A stretch of DNA of 64,000 nucleotides from Octopus vulgaris (GCA_951406725.2 OX597833.1:44330001-44394000); one strand, 5' to 3'. Numbered from the stretch's first letter, positions 1 through 16,059 are shown. Made by a program: numbers and translations. Notes: generated by a model from the sequence alone, not told the origin.

Positions 1-378
1 TCTCTTTCTCTCTCTCCCTTATCCCTCTCTTTCTACTTCGAGAAGTAGACAGGTATATATAAAACAAAAAACAGATGAGAACAATTTAGAACAAGAAACA
101 CACGCGCGCCTACACACACACGCTCACGCAACACGCGCGCCGGCACACACACACACACACACAAACACACATACACACCACAGAGCAGAGTGTGAATTTC
201 AGCTTACTGTGTGAATGAGTGAGAAGAAAAGTAAAGTGATTAGGAAAGAGACGGCGACTAAGAACACGTGAGCGGGAAGAGAGGGAAAAACAAAGACGTG
301 AACGTGAGAAAATCAACAAAGAAGTGATAGGATGAAAGAATATAACAAACACCAAGAGGAAAAGAGAGAGCGAACGAC

Positions 379-431
<53 letters not shown>

Positions 432-2026
432 CAGACTGATAGTATGATTTAAGCGGCACATTTTCTTTATGTGTTGAGATATCTTAATATTTTTCCTTAT
501 TGGCTTTCAAAGAGCCTCGGAAGCAGAGGCTAAACGTTCTGCCTTAACAACGTCCTGAATTTTCTTCATGCTCAATTGCTTCATGTAAAACTCGGTCGTT
601 GGTGATGTCAGGTTTATGAGGTTTATATCTTGTCCATACTCCTTTTTTTTTTTTTTGCAGGGTCACCCAGGAAGTCGAGAATAAAATGTATTCCCTCCAC
701 CCACCGAGCATTCGAGAAAGCCACTTCACGAGTAGCTTTTTGGTAGAGCCAAATAAGTCAGAAACGAAAGCTGTACTTCTCTGACTCCTTTCTCTTCGAA
801 TTCCATGACATTCTTCCTAAGAATGTCTTAATAGGTTGCTGTTCCTCATCACTGGATCCTTTGTACTGCATTCCCAGTTCCTGCAACTGTTGTATTTGGT
901 AACCCAGAAGATTTTGTTGCATAATTTCGTGGAGTTACCTAACATCGATGAAGCTTCACCTGGAAAATCAATATGCAACGTTTACAACGATGTTTTGCAA
1001 CACCCTAGTAGGATACCTTCTTGGCTAGTTAATGGTTTGGCATTCCTGCTTCCAAAAAGTGAAGAAACAAATGAACCAAAAAACTATAGACCCATAACCT
1101 GCTTAACAACTATGTATAAAAGGCTAACATCTGCCCTGACTGAATACACCAATAGTGTTTTAATAGAAAGCAGCATATTCCCTAATTATAGTTGTAAAGA
1201 TCAGCTACTCATCAATAAAATGATCTTAGAAGATTGTCACAAACGACGCAAAAACTTGTCAATAGCCAAGATAGACTATAAAAAAGCTTTTGATAGCCTA
1301 CAACATAGCTGGATTAAGAAATGCCTGGAAATGTATAAAATAGCGCCTACACTGCGAAACTTTTTGTCTGTAAGTATGAGATCATGGAGAACCACACTAA
1401 CTTTGAACAGTGACAATGAATCTCTAAATGCTGGTGATGTAAAAACTTAATGTGGCATTTCCCAGGGTGATTCACTATCACCACTCCTCTTTTGTTTAGC
1501 CTTAATACCTTTCTCAAAATTGCTCAATGATGCACAGTACAGTACGGTTATAAAAGTTTTGATAAAAATATAAACCATCTCATTTACATGGATGATTTAA
1601 AGCTCTTTGCAAAAAATGACCAACAACTCAAGGGCTTATTAGCAATTGTTAAACACCCAGTGATGACATCAGAATGCAATTTGGCCTCGATTAATGTACA
1701 AAAGCTACCTTTATCAAAGGAAAATGACAGAAACATCTAACGTTAACCGTGACCAGCAGAATGTCATCAAAGAGTTAGACCAAGCAGAGAGCTACAAGTA
1801 CCTAGGAGTAATTGAAGGGGACGGAATAAGGCATTCAGTGATGAAAGAAAGGATCAGGAGAGATTGTTATCGCAGAGTAAGAGCAATACTCAAGACAGAG
1901 CTGAATGCGAGAAACAGGATCGAAGCGATCAATGTTTTAGCCATACCAGTCGTGACTTACAGTTTCAATATCGTTAACTGATCAATTACTGAAATATATC
2001 AGCTCGACAGGAAAATAAGAAAACTG
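1..2026 (+). repeat. Near-identical direct copy of 12334-14351
   Basis: Nearly base-for-base identical except a few indels and substitutions; abuts the N gap. Confidence 0.9.
970..2026 (+). mobile_element. Dong/R4-clade non-LTR retrotransposon fragment (RT), disrupted, cut by the gap
   Basis: NYRPITCL, IDYKKAFDS, QGDSLSPLLF, YMDDLKL motifs with stops and frameshifts. Confidence 0.8.
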
Positions 2027-2126
2027 NNNNNNNNNNNNNNNNNNNNNNNNNNNNNNNNNNNNNNNNNNNNNNNNNNNNNNNNNNNNNNNNNNNNNNNNNN
2101 NNNNNNNNNNNNNNNNNNNNNNNNNN
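2027..2126. other. Assembly gap (100 N)
   Basis: Run of N. Confidence 1.
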
Positions 2127-2366
2127 AGAGATCGATAGAATAAGTACTAGGCTTCCAAAGAATAAGTCCTGGGGTCGATTTGCTCGACTAAAGGCGGTGC
2201 TCCAGCATGGCCACAATCAAATGACTGAAACAAGTAAAAAGAGTAAAAAAAATATAGAGAGCATATGAAATGCTACAAATCTGTTCCTGATAGTGCAGTA
2301 GAAACACGCAATAGAGATAAAAGTAATGATATTGGGGCTGAAACAAATAGAACTAGTAAAACTCAC

Positions 2367-2685
2367 CTCTCAGAAGTTTAGGTTTTGTAGATTCTAAAGG
2401 TGTATTACATTTGTAGAATCCCAAATCCTTGCAGGAGGATGGCAGCTTCATGCAGCTAATCTCAATTAAATCATCAGTCCATTGTACAATTGAAATCTTT
2501 CTCCTCGGTTGTTTTCTCAAAGACACCATTCTCCTTGTTGTGTATAAATTTTGCAATGGTAATTTTCTGATCTTTCATCAGAGAAATCTCAGTAACATTA
2601 TCTACATCACTCCTACATGTTATAGTTAATAGACTATATAATTCAAAATTAATACCATCAGCAAGGGTTATCTCTATTTCAACAA
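2367..2685 (-). pseudogene. Gene C, Ig-like domain 1 exon with frameshift (VEIEITLADG...ITCRS...FNCTMD*/DDLIEISC...CKDLGFYKC...LLR)
   Basis: CCTACACAG acceptor and GTGAGT donor intact, but 319 nt (not a multiple of 3); TGA after CTMD near 2475 and homology continues in another frame. Could be a pseudo-exon or a consensus error. Confidence 0.75.
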
Positions 2686-2764
2686 CTGTGTAGGAAAAAA
2701 AGGAAAAAGAATGAATCAGAGGAAGTGTTTGTAGTAATACATAACTGCATTTACAGAACGACTT

Positions 2765-3597
2765 CAGAGAAGAAGAAGAAGAGGAAGAAGAAGAAGGAGG
2801 AGGAGGAGGAGGAGGAGGGGTTGGAGGTGGAGAAGAAGAAGAAGAAGAGGAAGAAAAAGAAAAAGAAGAACAAGAAGAACAAGAAAAAGAAAAAGAAGAA
2901 AAAGAAGAAAAAGAAGAACAAGAAGAACAAGAAAAAGAAAAAGAAGAAGAAGAAGAAGAAGAAGAAGAAGAAAAAGAAAAAGAAGAAGAAGAAAAAGAAG
3001 AAAAGAAAAGAAAAAGAAGAAGAAGAAAAAGAGGAGGAAGAAAGAAAAGAAAAAGAAGAAGAAAAAGAGGAAGAAGAAGAAGAAGAAGAAGAAGAAGGAA
3101 GAAGAAAAGAAGAAGAAGAAGAAAAAGAGAAGAAGAAGAAGAAGAAGAAGAAGAAGAAGAAAAGAAAAAGAGGAAGGAGAAGAAGCAGTAGAAGAAAAAG
3201 AAGAAGAAGAAGAAGAAGAAGAAAAGAAGAAGAAAAAGAAGAAGAAGAGGAAGAGGAATAAAAAGAAGAAGAAGCAGTAGAAGAAAAGAAGAAGAAGAAG
3301 AAGAAGAAGAAGAAGAAAAGAAGAAGAAGAAGAAGAAGAAGAAGAAGAAGAAGAAGAAGAAGAAGAAGAGGAAGGAGAAAGAGAAGGGGAAGAAAAGAAA
3401 AAAGAGTTAGAAAGAGAAGAAGAAGAAACAGAAGAACAAGAACAAGAACGAGAAAAGGAAGAAGAAGAAGAAAAAGAAGAAAAAGAAGAAGAAAGAGAAG
3501 AAAAAAGAAGAAGAAGAAGAAGAAGAAGAAGAAGAAGAAGAAGAAGAAGAAGAAAAAGAAAAAAGAAGAACAAAGAGAAGAAAAAGAAGAAAAAGAG
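2765..3597. repeat. (GAA)n-rich polypurine tract upstream of the gene C Ig1 acceptor
   Basis: Direct inspection. Confidence 0.95.
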
Positions 3598-3889
3598 GTT
3601 TGTAGCGTGTGATCGTCACATTGACAATGACAGAGGAAGTTAAGCAGATATCTGCATCAAATTTTGCCAAAAGTTTGGTGATACTTAGAAGCTTATGCAA
3701 ATTTTTTAAAAGGTCTTCATCATTCTCGACACAATCAAGATGTTGTGCAATTGAAATCTAAGTGTCTTTCGTAACTTGTTTATTATATCATATAATTTTA
3801 TATCATATCGTCTTATATTATATCATACCATCTGTATATATAAATCACAGAATGTGCGTGTATATTGACTAACGTATACATTTCCACAA

Positions 3890-4323
3890 ATCTCAACGAT
3901 TTGGCCAGCTGATATCAGTTTTGGCACAAACTTGGCAGATATGCATCTCATACCCAAATATTCAGTGATAATGGACTGAACTGAATCATAATTAATCTGC
4001 ACATCCTCTGATAACTCACGAATGGGGACTCGACGATTTCCCCTCACGGCTCATACACTCCTCTCCATACACTTTCTGCAACTTTGCGTTGGCCTCTGAG
4101 CATGTATCGCCATGGCTACGTTCTCTTTCATGGTCAATTCGACGATCACACGTTTTTAACCACCTTCATTCTAAACACTGTTGTAAACAGCGGAAGTGAG
4201 CTAGAACGTTAAAATATAGTGCGCGTGCTCAACAAAAGTCAATCTTTGCTAAGAGGTTTGACTTTGAGTGCTTTAGCTTCGTTACTACAACAACAGTCTG
4301 GATACCACTGATCAGACCTCGTA
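3890..4323 (-). mobile_element. Internally deleted mariner remnant (paralogous copy at about 36410-36830)
   Basis: RRVPIRELSEDVQI...VQSIITEYLGMRCISAKFVPKL resembles the mariner HTH/WVPHEL linker; ends in CAGACCTCG-TA. Confidence 0.65.
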
Positions 4324-5094
4324 TGTATATATATATATATATATATAATATATATATATAAATATACATTTATGTGTATGTGTTTGTGTGTGTACATATT
4401 TATCTATACATATACATATACATGTATATCTATGTGTGTGTGTGTCTCAGTGTGTGAGTGTGTGAGTGCATATATTTGTTTCCTTTATTTCAGCATGTCA
4501 TAATTGTCTTTTTAAGCAACTGAAATCAGTAGCAAATTTTGATAGAAATTTAAGCACTTTCTTTCTTTTAGCCATGATGGAGTGTTCTAAGTATTTTCAT
4601 CCTGTTGATCCCTGTTTTTACATATAAATTTACTCGTGTGAAACCCCTTTGCCTTTTCAATTTTATATAATACTAGCAAACGTATCCATCTGTTCACAGT
4701 TTAAGTTGCATTTATGCCCATGACACCTGATTGAGACTAGAGGTGAATAATCTCGCGTGTCCATAACTTTCAGGTGTTCTAACACCCGATGCTTTGAGAG
4801 AGTATTCTTCACCGCGCCAGGTTTCAGGCAGCCGGAAAATGTATGAGTTTTCTTGCATGCGGTAAGATTCCTAGGATGTCAAAAGAAAGTATACTATCCC
4901 ATGTTCATAAAGCGGGGAGCAGAACAGAAGCTAGAAGTTTCAGGCCTATCTCTCTGACGTCACATATTAGCAAGTTTATGGAACGCATTGACTGAAGGGG
5001 GCTAATCACGTTCTTTAAAGAAAGTAACTTGCTCACACGCAACACACGACAGAGCTTCCGTCGGGGGAGAAGCTACGTCTCACAGCTACTACAC

Positions 5095-7000
5095 ATATTA
5101 GACCCTCTGTTTCCGCTTTTAAATCACTTTCAGTCATCCACAGCCATCTTTTTTCTCTGTATGTCTTATCTTTACCGTCTTTAAGAAATTGACCATGCAT
5201 TCTTTTCTTTACCCACCTATTTTCAGTTTCATTCGTTTTCAATTTCTTGTATAGTGCTTTATCTTTGCAATCTTTGATCCTACACAAGCCTGACTTTCTT
5301 ACTTCTAATAATAGCGGCTATGTTGCTTTTTCTGCTCTAATTGTGTGTTCGCATCCAATAGATCCCCTTCCCCTTCTTTTTCTTGTTACATACTGTCTGT
5401 CTGTGTCACTTTTTGTGTGTAGTGACCCATATCTAGTGAGCAACTTTCTCAATTTCTGACCAAGCTGTTTAGTTCGTCTACTGTCCATGCGATTACTCCT
5501 GCTCTATATCTAAGGAGTGAAACCACCCAGGTGTTGATATATTAGATCTTATTCCGTCCGTTTAATTTCGACTTAAGGATCCGTCATTTGTTTCTCCATC
5601 AATTTATCCATTGCTAAAATCCATAAGTACGTATAGCCCGTCTCTTCTACCTGCTTCATAATCACCCCCTCGACGGTATCGTTAGACCGTACATAGATTT
5701 GATTTTTCCTCTCTTCAAGACTATCACACCACACTTTCTCAGTCCGAACACTATTCTGATATCAGTACTGAAAGCATACACCGTATCAACGATGGAATGA
5801 CTTGGGCTTCATCATCACCATAAATTTTGAGGTCAGTCATGAATAACAAATGGCTGACTTTTTGTTGGCGGATTTTGAATACATGCCCAGCTTTTGCTTT
5901 CCTCACAATTAGTGTTAGTGGTATCAAGCAAAGTACAAAGATCAGGGGGACACTTCCCAAGCTAACCTATCATATCCCTCGACATTTCTTTTTTCCTTAT
6001 CGCATATCTTGTTGTCAGCTCAGCATGCTATTTTTATGATACAACATCGTTATTTTCTCTTTCTCAATTAACATTATGTCTGGATTCCTATTTTCTATGA
6101 CATGGTCACACTGAATCATAGAAACCCATAGGATCATTGCATTATCATTTTCGATGATGCCTTCGGTTTTATGTATTGCTCTTTCAAGTCCATGCTTGTT
6201 GCAAAGTGTCCAATGAACAATCCTTGCTATATAGTCATGACGTCTCATATTTTTTCTGGGCTAGTGGCGTACATATGCCATACAGTTTTACCGTTCTTTA
6301 CACAGATTCTGCATTGATCATTTTCTGATGTGCTGTCTATTCTGTATTTGATGTAATTCGTTTTTAGGGCTTGCTCTTGGGCAGCACAGATTAGAGCCTC
6401 CGTTTCCGGTTTTAAATCACTTTCATTTATTCATAGCCACCTTTTCTCTCCGTTTATCTTATCTTCATCATCTCTATGTAATTGTTAATGCATTCTGTTC
6501 TTTATCTACCTATTTTCAGTTTCATTCATTCTGAAGTTCTTCTACAGTGCTTTACAGTGCCTCCATCCTACACATGCCTCACCTTCTTACTTCCAATGAT
6601 AAATAGCATGGAAGCAAAAAACATGTACAGTCGGTTTGCAACAGATACGAACTTCAAGACAGATATTGAAGAACGGTGGTAATCGATACGGAGAAGTGAC
6701 TGGAAGATAGAGACATTAGTTAATTATATCCCTGCCAGGGTCTGTACATTGCCTTTTTCTACGTTCATTATACCATATTTCTTGAGCCTGAATTCCATCT
6801 CAATGTCAACTCTAAAACAGTAGACCATGTTCACCAAAGAACTCACTTGTGCCTCATCCTTGCCATGTAGCTCCAAATCATCCATGAAGAGGTAGTGGTT
6901 GATTCCTTCAGATTTTCTCTTTAACTGATATAACAGGTTCATTTTCCTCAGCACCAAAACCAAAGGTATCATAGAAAGAGTAAAATACAATGGAGATAAG
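5095..7000 (-). mobile_element. Scrambled Dong/R4 LINE fragments
   Basis: MHGQF, LKAETEGLIC, RRHDYIARIVHW, NPDIMLI and HYLFMDDLEL motifs in several broken pieces. Confidence 0.75.
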
Positions 7001-7094
7001 ATCTCTCCTCAGAACGTCCGTCCTTGTCGACGATGACCAAGGACATCAGGTAGGAGAAGAAGACGGGGCACAGTGCGTCCAGCAGTGGTCAATC

Positions 7095-7365
7095 AGTCCG
7101 GTGCGTAGTTGGAAATCTTAGCTGCAGGTTCGGCACTTTGAGATGGAAAACTTTGAGTGTGTCCTTGAAATACTTTTTCTGTTCACCTTGCGTGTGCTTA
7201 CCTTCCAGCAGTTCACTGTTGAACAGTCTCTTGAGGAGAAGCATGTCAAACATTCGAAAAAGTGGTCTGTTTACCTGTCTTGCGCTCTCCTCAGAAGTAT
7301 GTAAATGCTTGGCAGAGCAGCTCGAGAGAAGACCTCCGTGTCTGGCATGTTGTCTTGCCAGGTGA
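7095..7365 (-). mobile_element. RTE-type LINE 3' fragment
   Basis: KRLFNSELLEGKHTQGEQKKYFKDTLK matches the RTE/BovB C-terminal motif; a possible counterpart lies near 38960-39215 in the gene B intron. Confidence 0.6.
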
Positions 7366-7837
7366 TTTTGCAAAAGCTTTCTCAGGTAATTCATATACAT
7401 TCATTCTTGGTTTATTAAAATTATCTCTGCCTCTAAAGGATGTCATGTATGTATGTATGTATGTATGTATGTATGTATGTATGTATGTATGTATGTATGT
7501 ATGCATGTATGTATGTATGTATGTATGTATGCATGTATGCATGTATGTATGTTTGGATCCAAAACTTCTGAACACTCCGTCGCGTAACACTGATCTAAAA
7601 CGATGAATCCGTTAATATGTAAAGTCAAAAATATTCTACGTTCGAAATGGACGTGTTGAACGCTACTTGAGCGAAAGGAATATGAATTAGAAAAAAAAAG
7701 AGAAGTCGACTTTAATATTTCTATATTTACTCTTCTATACGTATTGACTACATATTTCTATCTCATTTGAATTACTACTCGCAAACAACATAGCACGCAC
7801 GCATACATACACAAGCACATACTATTCATATATGTAT

Positions 7838-9298
<1,461 letters not shown>

Positions 9299-10103
9299 CC
9301 ATACATACATACTTACATACATACATACATACATGCATACATACATACATACATACGTACATGCATACGTACATACATACATACATACATACCCACATAC
9401 ATAGATACGTACATACGTATTATATATGCATTATGTTTGCATGTACGTACCTATGTATGTATGTATGTATGTATGTAGAGGTATGCTAATGCAAAGAGGA
9501 AAAAAGGAACTCAAAATATGATTTTGCAAAAGCTTTCTCAGGTAATTCATATACATACATTCTTGGTTTATTAAAATTATCTCTGCCTCTAAAGGATGTC
9601 ATATGTATGTATGTATGTATCTATGTATGTATGTATGTATGTATGTATGTATGTATGCATATATGTATTTATGTATGTATGTATGTATGCATGTATGTAT
9701 GTTTGGATCCAAAACTTCAGAACACTCCGTCGCGTAACACTGATCTAAAACGATGAATCCGTTAATATGTAAAGTCAAAAATAGTCTACGTTCAAAATGA
9801 ACGTGATGAACGCTACTTGAGCAAAAGGAATATGAATAAGAAAAAAAAGAAGTCAATTTTAATAACTCTATATTTACTCTTCTATACGTATTGACTACAT
9901 ATTTCTATCTCATTTGAATTACTACTCGCAAACAACATAGCACGCGCGCATACATACACAAGCACCTACTATTCATATATATATATATATATATTCTGTT
10001 GTGTCTGAGGAGAGTCATTCTCTTTTAGTGCCTTATTATTTAACAGAATATACTTCAACACACGAACTCATATAAAGAATCTTGCAAACCAAATCCAGAA
10101 ACG

Positions 10104-10148
<45 letters not shown>

Positions 10149-10513
10149 CATATATATCCATACATGCATACATACATACTTACATACATACATACGTACA
10201 TACATACATGCCCGCATACATAGATACGTACATACGTATTATGTATGTATTATGTTTGTATGTATGTATGCATGAATGTATGTATGTATGTATGTATGTA
10301 TGTATGTATGCATGCATGTATGTATGTATGTATGTATGTAGGGGTATACTAATGCAAGCAGGAAAAATAGAACTCAAAATATGAGTATCTGTGTAGGGGG
10401 AGATAGAACAATATAGTAAGCACAGGCACTCAATGAATGTAAGTATGAGATCTAAAAAAGAACGATGCAATGTTGGAGCTGAAAAGAAAATGTTTTCTTG
10501 AATCATAATTTTT

Positions 10514-10562
10514 GGGCCGAATTGTAAGGAACCATAATCAATATCAATATAACTAATAACAT
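10514..10562 (-). pseudogene. Degenerate extra signal-exon copy (MLLVILILIMVPYNSA, donor lost)
   Basis: GTAAGT replaced by AAAAAT; lies inside gene C intron 1. Confidence 0.6.
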
Positions 10563-10886
10563 CCATGATCTTAACAGGTAGGTATTAGGCAGAAAGGGAA
10601 ATGATCTTCGACTCCCAGCAACACAAAATTGTACTTAGTAACCCAGAAGATTTTGCTGCATAATTTCTTGGGGTTACCTAACATCGATGAAGCTGCACCT
10701 GGCAAATCCTCAGGCAACATTTGAGAGCTGTGATTGCTGTCATTCGACTATCAGCCACGTCTTTAGCTGTTGTCTGACTCATGCGGCATAAATTGAGTTC
10801 AAACTACTGCCACTCGTTTCAGATGCTTACTGGACGTATTTCATCTGCTGAACTACTCTGCATTGAGTTGGGTGCATGTGCACTGA

Positions 10887-10945
<59 letters not shown>

Positions 10946-11819
10946 TGATTGTGAAAGAGCGAAAGAGCAGATTCTACCGTCATTTTGTCGTGTATATGTA
11001 AAGTATCAGTTAATATGATAGCCAGATGATTTTAAGTGGCGAAGGGTGGGTAGTACAGCCAGGCTATTTGAAAATACTAATAGCAGAAAGTTGTTGCAAA
11101 TATTTTCCACAAACTCAACGAACGACATATCTTAGGTTTACCTATTAGAGGTCTTCATCTCATATGTGAGTTCTCTTCGCCACGGTTTAGTACCTGCGCA
11201 CTCGGTCACCAAACCAGAAATTTCTAAGTATCATGCATATATGCATATATAGAGATATGTGTGTGTGTGTGTGTCTGTATGCATGTATATATATGTATAA
11301 ATATATATATAGATATATATAGATATATTTATGTGTGTGTATATGTGTGTGTGAAATATAACTTTCTTGAAAGGCACAACAATGCAGAGTTGACTATAGT
11401 AAATGCGATAATTTGACTATTCATAGTCTCTTATATTTCGAAATATAAAACGTTCTTCTTCACATATTGCTGAGAATTGATCGAGTCACAGCTATAATCG
11501 GTTTTCCAACGGTTACTGATACTTTGTTTTTGGAAGCGTCTCTGCAGTTGTCTCTCGAAGCTGCTTCCAGTCTCCTTATGAGATTTGTATGTGGGCGGCC
11601 ATGTTTAGAGTTCGTGGTGTTAGCATATCCGTAGCGCTGCTTCTAAGTTATGCATTATACGCGCAGTTTTTTTTTATATATATATATAATACATGAGCAT
11701 ACTAAAAGAAATGGATATACATACATCCACATGTAGCTAAATAATATATTGATTGCATGGGTTGGGTGTACAAGCAATTTAGGGAATCGGCACAGTGGGC
11801 TACAATATACTATATGTGT

Positions 11820-11885
<66 letters not shown>

Positions 11886-12016
11886 AAAAGGGCAATTAGG
11901 GCGAGATAGAAATATATAGTAAGCACAGGCACCCAAAGAATGTAAGTATGAGATCTAACACAGAAAGAATGAGTGTTGGAGCTGAAAAGAAAATACTGTC
12001 GTGAATCTTAACTTAC

Positions 12017-12065
12017 GGGCTGAATTGTAAGGAACCATCGTCAATATTAATATAACTAATAACAT
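12017..12065 (-). CDS. Gene C, coding exon 1: signal peptide MLLVILILTMVPYNSA (phase 1)
   Basis: One nucleotide different from the gene B signal exon; GTAAGT donor intact. Confidence 0.75.
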
Positions 12066-12711
12066 CCCTGATCTTAACAGGTAGGTATTAGGCAGAAAGT
12101 AAAATGATCTCCGGCTTCCAGCAACACAATAAAACGAAAAGACGTGTCTGACTCGAAAATGAAGTCGAAATAGTCAAACAACAAAAACAGAGACAAAAAA
12201 CTCAATATATGTAAGTGTGAATGAGAGAAGGAGTGCAATTCGAAGTGTGAGTGAAGCTGAGATTGTTCCATTTTCTGTTTCATTCTCCTTCTGTCTGTCT
12301 GTCTGTCTCTCTTTCTCTCTCTATCTCTCTCTCTCTCTTTCTCTCTCTCCCTTATCCCTCTCTTTCTACTTCGAGAAGTAGACAGGTATATATAAAACAA
12401 AAAACAGATGAGAACAATTTAGAACAAGAAACACACGCGCGCCTACACACACACGCTCACGCAACACGCGCACCGGCACACACACACACACACACAAACA
12501 CACATACACACCACAGAGCAGAGTGTGAATTTCAGCTTACTGTGTGAATGAGTGAGAAGAAAAGTAAAGTGATTAGGAAAGAGACGGCGACTAAGAACAC
12601 GTGAGCGGGAAGAGAGGGAAAAACAAAGACGTGAACGTGAGAAAATCAACAAAGAAGTGATAGGATGAAAGAATATAACAAACACCAAGAGGAAAAGAGA
12701 GAGCGAACGAC

Positions 12712-12764
<53 letters not shown>

Positions 12765-13304
12765 CAGACTGATAGTATGATTTAAGCGGCACATTTTCTT
12801 TATGTGTTGAGATATCTTAATATTTTTCCTTATTGGCTTTCAAAGAGCCTCGGAAGCAGAGGCTAAACGTTCTGCCTTAACAACGTCCTGAATTTTCTTC
12901 ATGCTCAATTGCTTCATGTAAAACTCGGTCGTTGGTGATGTCAGGTTTATGAGGTTTATATCTTGTCCATACTCCTTTTTTTTTTTTTTTGCAGGGTCAC
13001 CCAGGAAGTCGAGAATAAAATGTATTCCCTCCACCCACCGAGCATTCGAGAAAGCCACTTCACGAGTAGCTTTTTGGTAGAGCCAAATAAGTCAGAAACG
13101 AAAGCTGTACTTCTCTGACTCCTTTCTCTTCGAATTCCATGACATTCTTCCTAAGAATGTCTTAATAGGTTGCTGTTCCTCATCACTGGATCCTTTGTAC
13201 TGCATTCCCAGTTCCTGCAACTGTTGTATTTGGTAACCCAGAAGATTTTGTTGCATAATTTCGTGGAGTTACCTAACATCGATGAAGCTTCACCTGGAAA
13301 ATCA

Positions 13305-15335
13305 ATATGCAACGTTTACAACGATGTTTTGCAACACCCTAGTAGGATACCTTCTTGGCTAGTTAATGGTTTGGCATTCCTGCTTCCAAAAAGTGAAGAA
13401 ACAAATGAACCAAAAAACTATAGACCCATAACCTGCTTAACAACTATGTATAAAAGGCTAACATCTGCCCTGACTGAATACACCAATAGTGTTTTAATAG
13501 AAAGCAGCATATTCCCTAATTATAGTTGTAAAGATCAGCTACTCATCAATAAAATGATCTTAGAAGATTGTCACAAACGACGCAAAAAAAAAAGATAGAC
13601 TATAAAAAAGCTTTTGATAGCCTACAACATAGCTGGATTAAGAAATGCCTGGAAATGTATAAAATAGCGCCTACACTGCGAAACTTTTTGTCTGTAAGTA
13701 TGAGATCATGGAGAACCACACTAACTTTGAACAGTGACAATGAATCTCTAAATGCTGGTGATGTAAAAACTTAATGTGGCATTTCCCAGGGTGATTCACT
13801 ATCACCACTCCTCTTTTGTTTAGCCTTAATACCTTTCTCAAAATTGCTCAATGATGCACAGTACAGTACGGTTATAAAAGTTTTGATAAAAATATAAACC
13901 ATCTCATTTACATGGATGATTTAAAGCTCTTTGCAAAAAATGACCAACAACTCAAGGGCTTATTAGCAATTGTTAAACAATTCAGTGATGACATCAGAAT
14001 GCAATTTGGCCTCGATTAATGTACAAAAGCTACCTTTATCAAAGGAAAATGACAGAAACATCTAACGTTAACCGTGACCAGCAGAATGTCATCAAAGAGT
14101 TAGACCAAGCAGAGAGCTACAAGTACCTAGGAGTAATTGAAGGGGACGGAATAAGGCATTCAGTGATGAAAGAAAGGATCAGGAGAGATTGTTATCGCAG
14201 AGTAAGAGCAATACTCAAGACAGAGCTGAATGCGAGAAACAGGATCGAAGCGATCAATGTTTTAGCCATACCAGTCGTGACTTACAGTTTCAATATCGTT
14301 AACTGATCAATTACTGAAATATATCAGCTCGACAGGAAAATAAGAAAACTGTTGACAATGCATAGAATGCACCACCCTAAGGCAGATACAGAACGACTTT
14401 ATCTGCCAAGAAAAGAGGGAGGCCGTGAACTTTTACAACTGACAATAACAATGAAGATTGCTACAATTGGCCTAGACACCTACCTGAAAAACTCTGAGGA
14501 CGATGTTAAAATTTTTCTCAAAACATGAAAACAAGAAAGCATCATACTCAGTAACAAAACAGGCAAAGGAATATCTAAGTGAATTCCGAATACAACAAAT
14601 TTCGGAATTAGACATACAAGACACAAACGCAGCAAAAGCTAAGAGCATGAAAACCCGTGCTAAAACTGCCGCCTTAGATATTCTGATTGATAAATGGCAA
14701 GAAAAACCTCTCAATGGCAAATACCCAAAGAGATCGAATAATGCCGATGTTGACAAAGCCCTCACCCATCAATGGCTAATGGCCTCTGGCTTAAAATCTG
14801 AAACAGAAGGGTTTATCATAGAAGGAACTACCAGGCCAACATATTAAACAACGGCAGTAGCCCAACATGTCGTGTATGCCGACAACAAAATGAAACCATT
14901 GACCATGTTGTCTCCAAATGCAGTCTTCTAGCGCCTACAGAGTACCTCAGTAGGCATGATAGAGCTGCACAATATATTCACTGGGTAATTTGCAAAAACC
15001 TGGATTTGCCCCATGAAAAAAACTGGTGGGAACACAATCCACCTCCTGTGCTTGAAAATGACCACATCTCACTCCTCTGGAACTTCACCATTCAAACTGA
15101 CAGGAAGATAGATGCAAATAGGCCAGACATTATATTGAAAGACTTCAGACAAAGAACATGCCTCCTCATTGATATGACTGTCCCAATCGATATAAACATA
15201 TCTGTCAAGACCTACCAAAAACTGAGCAAATATAAAGATCTTGAAATAGAAATCAGCAAAATGTGGAACCTGAAGACTAAAACAATACCTGTTGTCATAG
15301 GTGCCCTGGGAATGATAGCAAAAGAGGCTGATGCT
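13305..15335 (+). mobile_element. Dong/R4-clade LINE, 5'-truncated and disrupted (RT + CCHC + restriction-like endonuclease)
   Basis: RT motifs as above, then CRVC..ETIDH..C, RHD, RPDIIL, LID..VP, KxxKY and PVVIGALG, typical of RLE-bearing R4-clade elements. Confidence 0.85.
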
Positions 15336-15593
15336 GCATTTTTAAAGAACAATGTTTAAGAGAAGCAGAGGATCGGCGGGCGCTTTCTGCCTTCTCCCAT
15401 CTTTATCATTTTGGGATCATTCGCCTCATTAATGTCTATGTCCAGCCCGCAAAGCTACCCATCTTTGTGCTGCCTCTACGGCAAATGAAATGAAATAAGT
15501 TTAGCCTCTCCTACCGGGTTTCTTTGCAGTAGCCTACTGAAGCCAATAAGGGAAAATATTAAGATATTTCAACAAATACTTCATACTATCAGT

Positions 15594-15975
15594 GGAGGCG
15601 CAATGGCCCAGTGGTTAGGGCAGCGGACTCGCGGTCATAGGATCGCGGTTTCGATTCCCATACCGGGCGTTGTGAGTGTTTATTGAGCGAAAACACCTAA
15701 AGCTCCACGAGGCTCCGGCAGGGGATGGTGGTGATCCCTGCTGTACTCTTTCACCACAACTGTCTCTCACTCTTACTTCCTGTTTCTGTTGTACCTGTAT
15801 TTCAAAGGGCCGGCCTTGTCACTCTGTGTGTCACGCTGAATCTCCCCGGGAACTGCGTTAAGGGTGCACGTGTCTGTGGAGTGCTCAGCCACTTACACGT
15901 TAATTTCACGAGCAGGCTGTTCCGTTGATTCGGATCAACCGGAACCCTCATCGTCGTAACCGACGGAGTGCTTCA
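15594..15975 (+). mobile_element. tRNA-derived SINE with target-site duplication
   Basis: tRNA-like head GGAGGCGCAATGGCCCAGTGGTTAGGGCAGCGG...TTCGATTCC; CATACTATCA on both flanks. Same head at 39695-39960 (+) and 46125-46405 (-). Confidence 0.85.
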
Positions 15976-16006
15976 GAACATACTATCATTGCATTCTGTC
16001 TGCCTG

Positions 16007-16059
<53 letters not shown>

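Noticed and set aside
2725-3700. Long poly-K/E/F/S/L ORFs (also 34936-36350 and 57616-58170)
   Set aside because: Translations of GAA/TTC microsatellites, which lack stop codons; intronic.
15594-15670. tRNA gene
   Set aside because: The tRNA-like head continues into a SINE body with a TSD and recurs elsewhere in the window.
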